Below are positions 27,619 to 30,084 of a stretch of 30,084 nt of DNA, piece by piece. The notes under the pieces are model-generated. The model did not search any database. It saw only the letters and a list, made by a program, of their open reading frames with translations, and was not told the origin of the DNA. Source of the DNA: a virus (Duplodnaviria; Heunggongvirae; Uroviricota; Caudoviricetes); the IMG/VR virus record IMGVR_UViG_2908572912_000002. One strand, written 5' to 3'. The first letter of the stretch is position 1. Each line of letters starts with the position of its first letter. A program made the position numbers and the translations under genes.

Positions 27619-28666
27619 GCGCCGGGATTTACCCCCTAACCTTTATATAAGAAACAATGGATATTACTGCTACAGGGACCCAAGGACGGGTAAAGAGTTT
27701 GGATTAGGCAGAGACAGGCGAATCGCAATCACTGAAGCCATACAGGCCAACATTGAGTTATTTTCAGGACACAAACACAAGCCTCTGACAGCGAGAATCA
27801 ACAGTGATAATTCCGTTACGTTACATTCATGGCTTGATCGCTACGAAAAAATCCTGGCCAGCAGAGGAATCAAGCAGAAGACACTCATAAATTACATGAG
27901 CAAAATTAAAGCAATAAGGAGGGGGCTGCCTGATGCTCCACTTGAAGACATCACCACAAAAGAAATTGCGGCAATGCTCAATGGATACATAGACGAGGGC
28001 AAGGCGGCGTCAGCCAAGTTAATCAGATCAACACTGAGCGATGCATTCCGAGAGGCAATAGCTGAAGGCCATATAACAACAAACCCTGTCGCTGCCACTC
28101 GCGCAGCAAAATCAGAGGTAAGGAGATCAAGACTTACGGCTGACGAATACCTGAAAATTTATCAAGCAGCAGAATCATCACCATGTTGGCTCAGACTTGC
28201 AATGGAACTGGCTGTTGTTACCGGGCAACGAGTTGGTGATTTATGCGAAATGAAGTGGTCTGATATCGTAGATGGATATCTTTATGTCGAGCAAAGCAAA
28301 ACAGGCGTAAAAATTGCCATCCCAACAACATTGCATGTTGATGCTCTCGGGATATCAATGAAGGAAACACTTGATAAATGCAAAGAGATTCTTGGCGGAG
28401 AAACCATAATTGCATCTACTCGTCGTGAACCGCTTTCATCCGGCACAGTATCAAGGTATTTTATGCGCGCACGAAAAGCATCAGGTCTTTCCTTCGAAGG
28501 GGATCCGCCTACCTTTCACGAGTTGCGCAGTTTGTCTGCAAGACTCTATGAGAAGCAGATAAGCGATAAGTTTGCTCAACATCTTCTCGGGCATAAGTCG
28601 GACACCATGGCATCACAGTATCGTGATGACAGAGGCAGGGAGTGGGACAAAATTGAAATCAAATAA
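27596..28666 (+). CDS. int: tyrosine integrase Int (lambda type), apparently intact
   Basis: 356-aa MGRRRSHERRDLPPNLYIRNNGYYCYRDPRTGKEFGLGRDRRIAITEAIQANIELFSGHKHKPLTARINSDNSVTLHSWLDRYEKILASRGIKQKTL...; full length with C-terminal catalytic region. Confidence 0.97.
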   Translation: MGRRRSHERRDLPPNLYIRNNGYYCYRDPRTGKEFGLGRDRRIAITEAIQANIELFSGHKHKPLTARINSDNSVTLHSWLDRYEKILASRGIKQKTLINYMSKIKAIRRGLPDAPLEDITTKEIAAMLNGYIDEGKAASAKLIRSTLSDAFREAIAEGHITTNPVAATRAAKSEVRRSRLTADEYLKIYQAAESSPCWLRLAMELAVVTGQRVGDLCEMKWSDIVDGYLYVEQSKTGVKIAIPTTLHVDALGISMKETLDKCKEILGGETIIASTRREPLSSGTVSRYFMRARKASGLSFEGDPPTFHELRSLSARLYEKQISDKFAQHLLGHKSDTMASQYRDDRGREWDKIEIK

Positions 28667-28754
28667 TGATTTTATTTTGACTGATAGTGACCTGTTCGTT
28701 GCAACAAATTGATAAGCAATGCTTTTTTATAATGCCAACTTAGTATAAAAAAGC
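28667..28754. other. attL: attL: phage P' arm plus att core (ttagtataaaaaagc at 28740-28754); right prophage boundary
   Basis: Sequence ...ttgactgatagtgacctgttcgttgcaacaaattgataagcaatgcttttttataatgccaac-ttagtataaaaaagc is the reverse complement of lambda attP core and P' arm as recalled; followed by chromosomal B arm. Confidence 0.85.
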
Positions 28755-28800
28755 AGGCTTCAACGGATTCATTTTTCTATTTCATAGCCCGGAGCAACCT

Positions 28801-30084
28801 GTGAACACATTTTCAGTTTCCCGTCTGGCGCTGGCATTGGCTTTTGGCGTGACGCTGACCGCCTGTAGCTCAACCCCGCCCGATCAACGTCCTTCTGATC
28901 AAACCGCGCCTGGTACCTCTTCTCGCCCGATTCTGTCGGCAAAAGAAGCGCAGAATTTCGATGCTCAACACTATTTTGCATCCCTGACACCAGGTGCTGC
29001 AGCGTGGAATCCTTCCCCGATTACCCTGCCTGCGCAACCTGACTTTGTTGTCGGCCCGGCGGGCACTCAAGGTGTAACGCATACCACGATTCAGGCGGCG
29101 GTAGATGCGGCAATTATCAAGCGTACCAACAAGCGCCAGTATATTGCCGTGATGCCTGGTGAGTATCAGGGAACGGTATATGTCCCTGCCGCTCCGGGTG
29201 GAATTACTCTGTACGGTACAGGTGAAAAACCGATTGATGTGAAGATTGGGCTTTCCCTTGATGGTGGCATGAGCCCTGCCGACTGGCGTCACGACGTCAA
29301 CCCGCGCGGCAAATATATGCCAGGTAAACCAGCGTGGTATATGTACGATAGCTGCCAGAGCAAACGCAGCGACAGTATCGGTGTTCTCTGCTCTGCGGTC
29401 TTCTGGTCACAAAACAATGGCCTGCAACTGCAAAATCTGACCATCGAAAACACGCTGGGCGATAGCGTAGATGCAGGTAACCATCCGGCGGTGGCACTGC
29501 GTACTGATGGTGACCAGGTACAGATTAACAACGTTAACATTCTCGGTCGTCAGAACACCTTCTTTGTCACCAACAGCGGTGTGCAGAACCGTCTGGAAAC
29601 GAATCGTCAGCCGCGTACGCTGGTGACCAACAGCTACATTGAAGGGGATGTGGATATCGTTTCTGGTCGCGGCGCAGTGGTGTTCGATAACACCGAATTC
29701 CGCGTGGTGAACTCACGTACTCAGCAAGAAGCGTATGTGTTTGCACCGGCTACGCTGTCCAACATTTACTACGGTTTCCTCGCCGTAAACAGCCGTTTCA
29801 ATGCTTTCGGTGATGGTGTGGCGCAACTGGGCCGCTCGCTGGATGTTGATGCCAATACCAACGGTCAGGTGGTGATCCGTGATAGCGCCATCAACGAAGG
29901 TTTTAACACGGCTAAACCGTGGGCCGATGCGGTGATCTCTAATCGTCCGTTTGCGGGTAATACCGGCAGCGTAGATGATAACGACGAAATACAGCGCAAT
30001 CTGAATGACACTAACTACAACCGCATGTGGGAATACAATAACCGCGGCGTGGGTAGTAAAGTGGTTGCAGAGGCGAAGAAGTAA
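28801..30084 (+). CDS. ybhC: chromosomal YbhC (outer-membrane lipoprotein, pectinesterase-family acyl-CoA thioesterase homolog)
   Basis: 427-aa ORF from GTG; lipobox LTACSS; ...QYIAVMPGEYQGTVYV...; known to flank attB on the gal side. Confidence 0.9.
   Translation: MNTFSVSRLALALAFGVTLTACSSTPPDQRPSDQTAPGTSSRPILSAKEAQNFDAQHYFASLTPGAAAWNPSPITLPAQPDFVVGPAGTQGVTHTTIQAAVDAAIIKRTNKRQYIAVMPGEYQGTVYVPAAPGGITLYGTGEKPIDVKIGLSLDGGMSPADWRHDVNPRGKYMPGKPAWYMYDSCQSKRSDSIGVLCSAVFWSQNNGLQLQNLTIENTLGDSVDAGNHPAVALRTDGDQVQINNVNILGRQNTFFVTNSGVQNRLETNRQPRTLVTNSYIEGDVDIVSGRGAVVFDNTEFRVVNSRTQQEAYVFAPATLSNIYYGFLAVNSRFNAFGDGVAQLGRSLDVDANTNGQVVIRDSAINEGFNTAKPWADAVISNRPFAGNTGSVDDNDEIQRNLNDTNYNRMWEYNNRGVGSKVVAEAKK

Noticed and set aside
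27596-28666. Possibility that this is an engineered lambda derivative (DE3-type lysogen or recombineering prophage)
   Set aside because: int is intact with no inserted T7 RNA polymerase or lac sequences, and the element carries IS elements, DLP12-type modules and cargo genes not expected in standard constructs; a laboratory lambda imm434 ancestry for part of the element cannot be excluded without a database comparison
23395-29540. Numerous antisense or alternative-frame ORFs across gam-bet-exo, ea22, ea8.5, xis, int and ybhC (for example 23551-23823, 23636-24106, 24811-25122, 26868-27263, 27178-27531, 28870-29292)
   Set aside because: Each overlaps a confidently identified gene; typical shadow ORFs

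Overview
The window contains an entire ~28.7-kb defective lambdoid prophage at the E. coli lambda attachment site, bounded by direct repeats of the att core (91-105 and 28740-28754) and followed by the chromosomal gene ybhC (28801-30084). All protein assignments are by reading the ORF translations and recall of phage/E. coli protein families; no database search was run. Plus-strand pL-type operon (20995-28666): nutL, N, a 293-aa low-GC gene where lambda has sieB/ral, ea10, cIII, kil, gam, bet, exo, small lambda-like ORFs, ea22, ea8.5, xis, int. The immunity region is phage-434 type (cI434, cro434, 14-bp ACAA..TTGT operators), with a signal-peptide protein directly downstream of cI. Minus-strand early and late genes: cII, O (with ori iterons), P, truncated ren, a 1.7-kb foreign insert, DLP12/phage-21-like ninB-ninE-ybcO-rusA-Q, a ~3-kb cargo block between Q and the holin (AppY-like AraC regulator, DUF523/DUF1722 TudS-like protein, Blc-like lipocalin), then pinholin, SAR endolysin and Rz/Rz1, and an intact cos site. 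Terminase Nu1 is truncated after ~70 aa and joined to a 5'-truncated lom, so all head and tail genes are deleted; a chimeric side tail fibre gene (stf) and a tfa 3' remnant remain. The left arm carries IS1, scrambled IS3-family remnants and a second AppY-like regulator. The most interesting candidates for undescribed function are the 293-aa gene at the sieB position, the secreted protein downstream of cI434, the Q-to-holin cargo block and the ren-ninB insert; no CRISPR array, tRNA or rRNA was seen.
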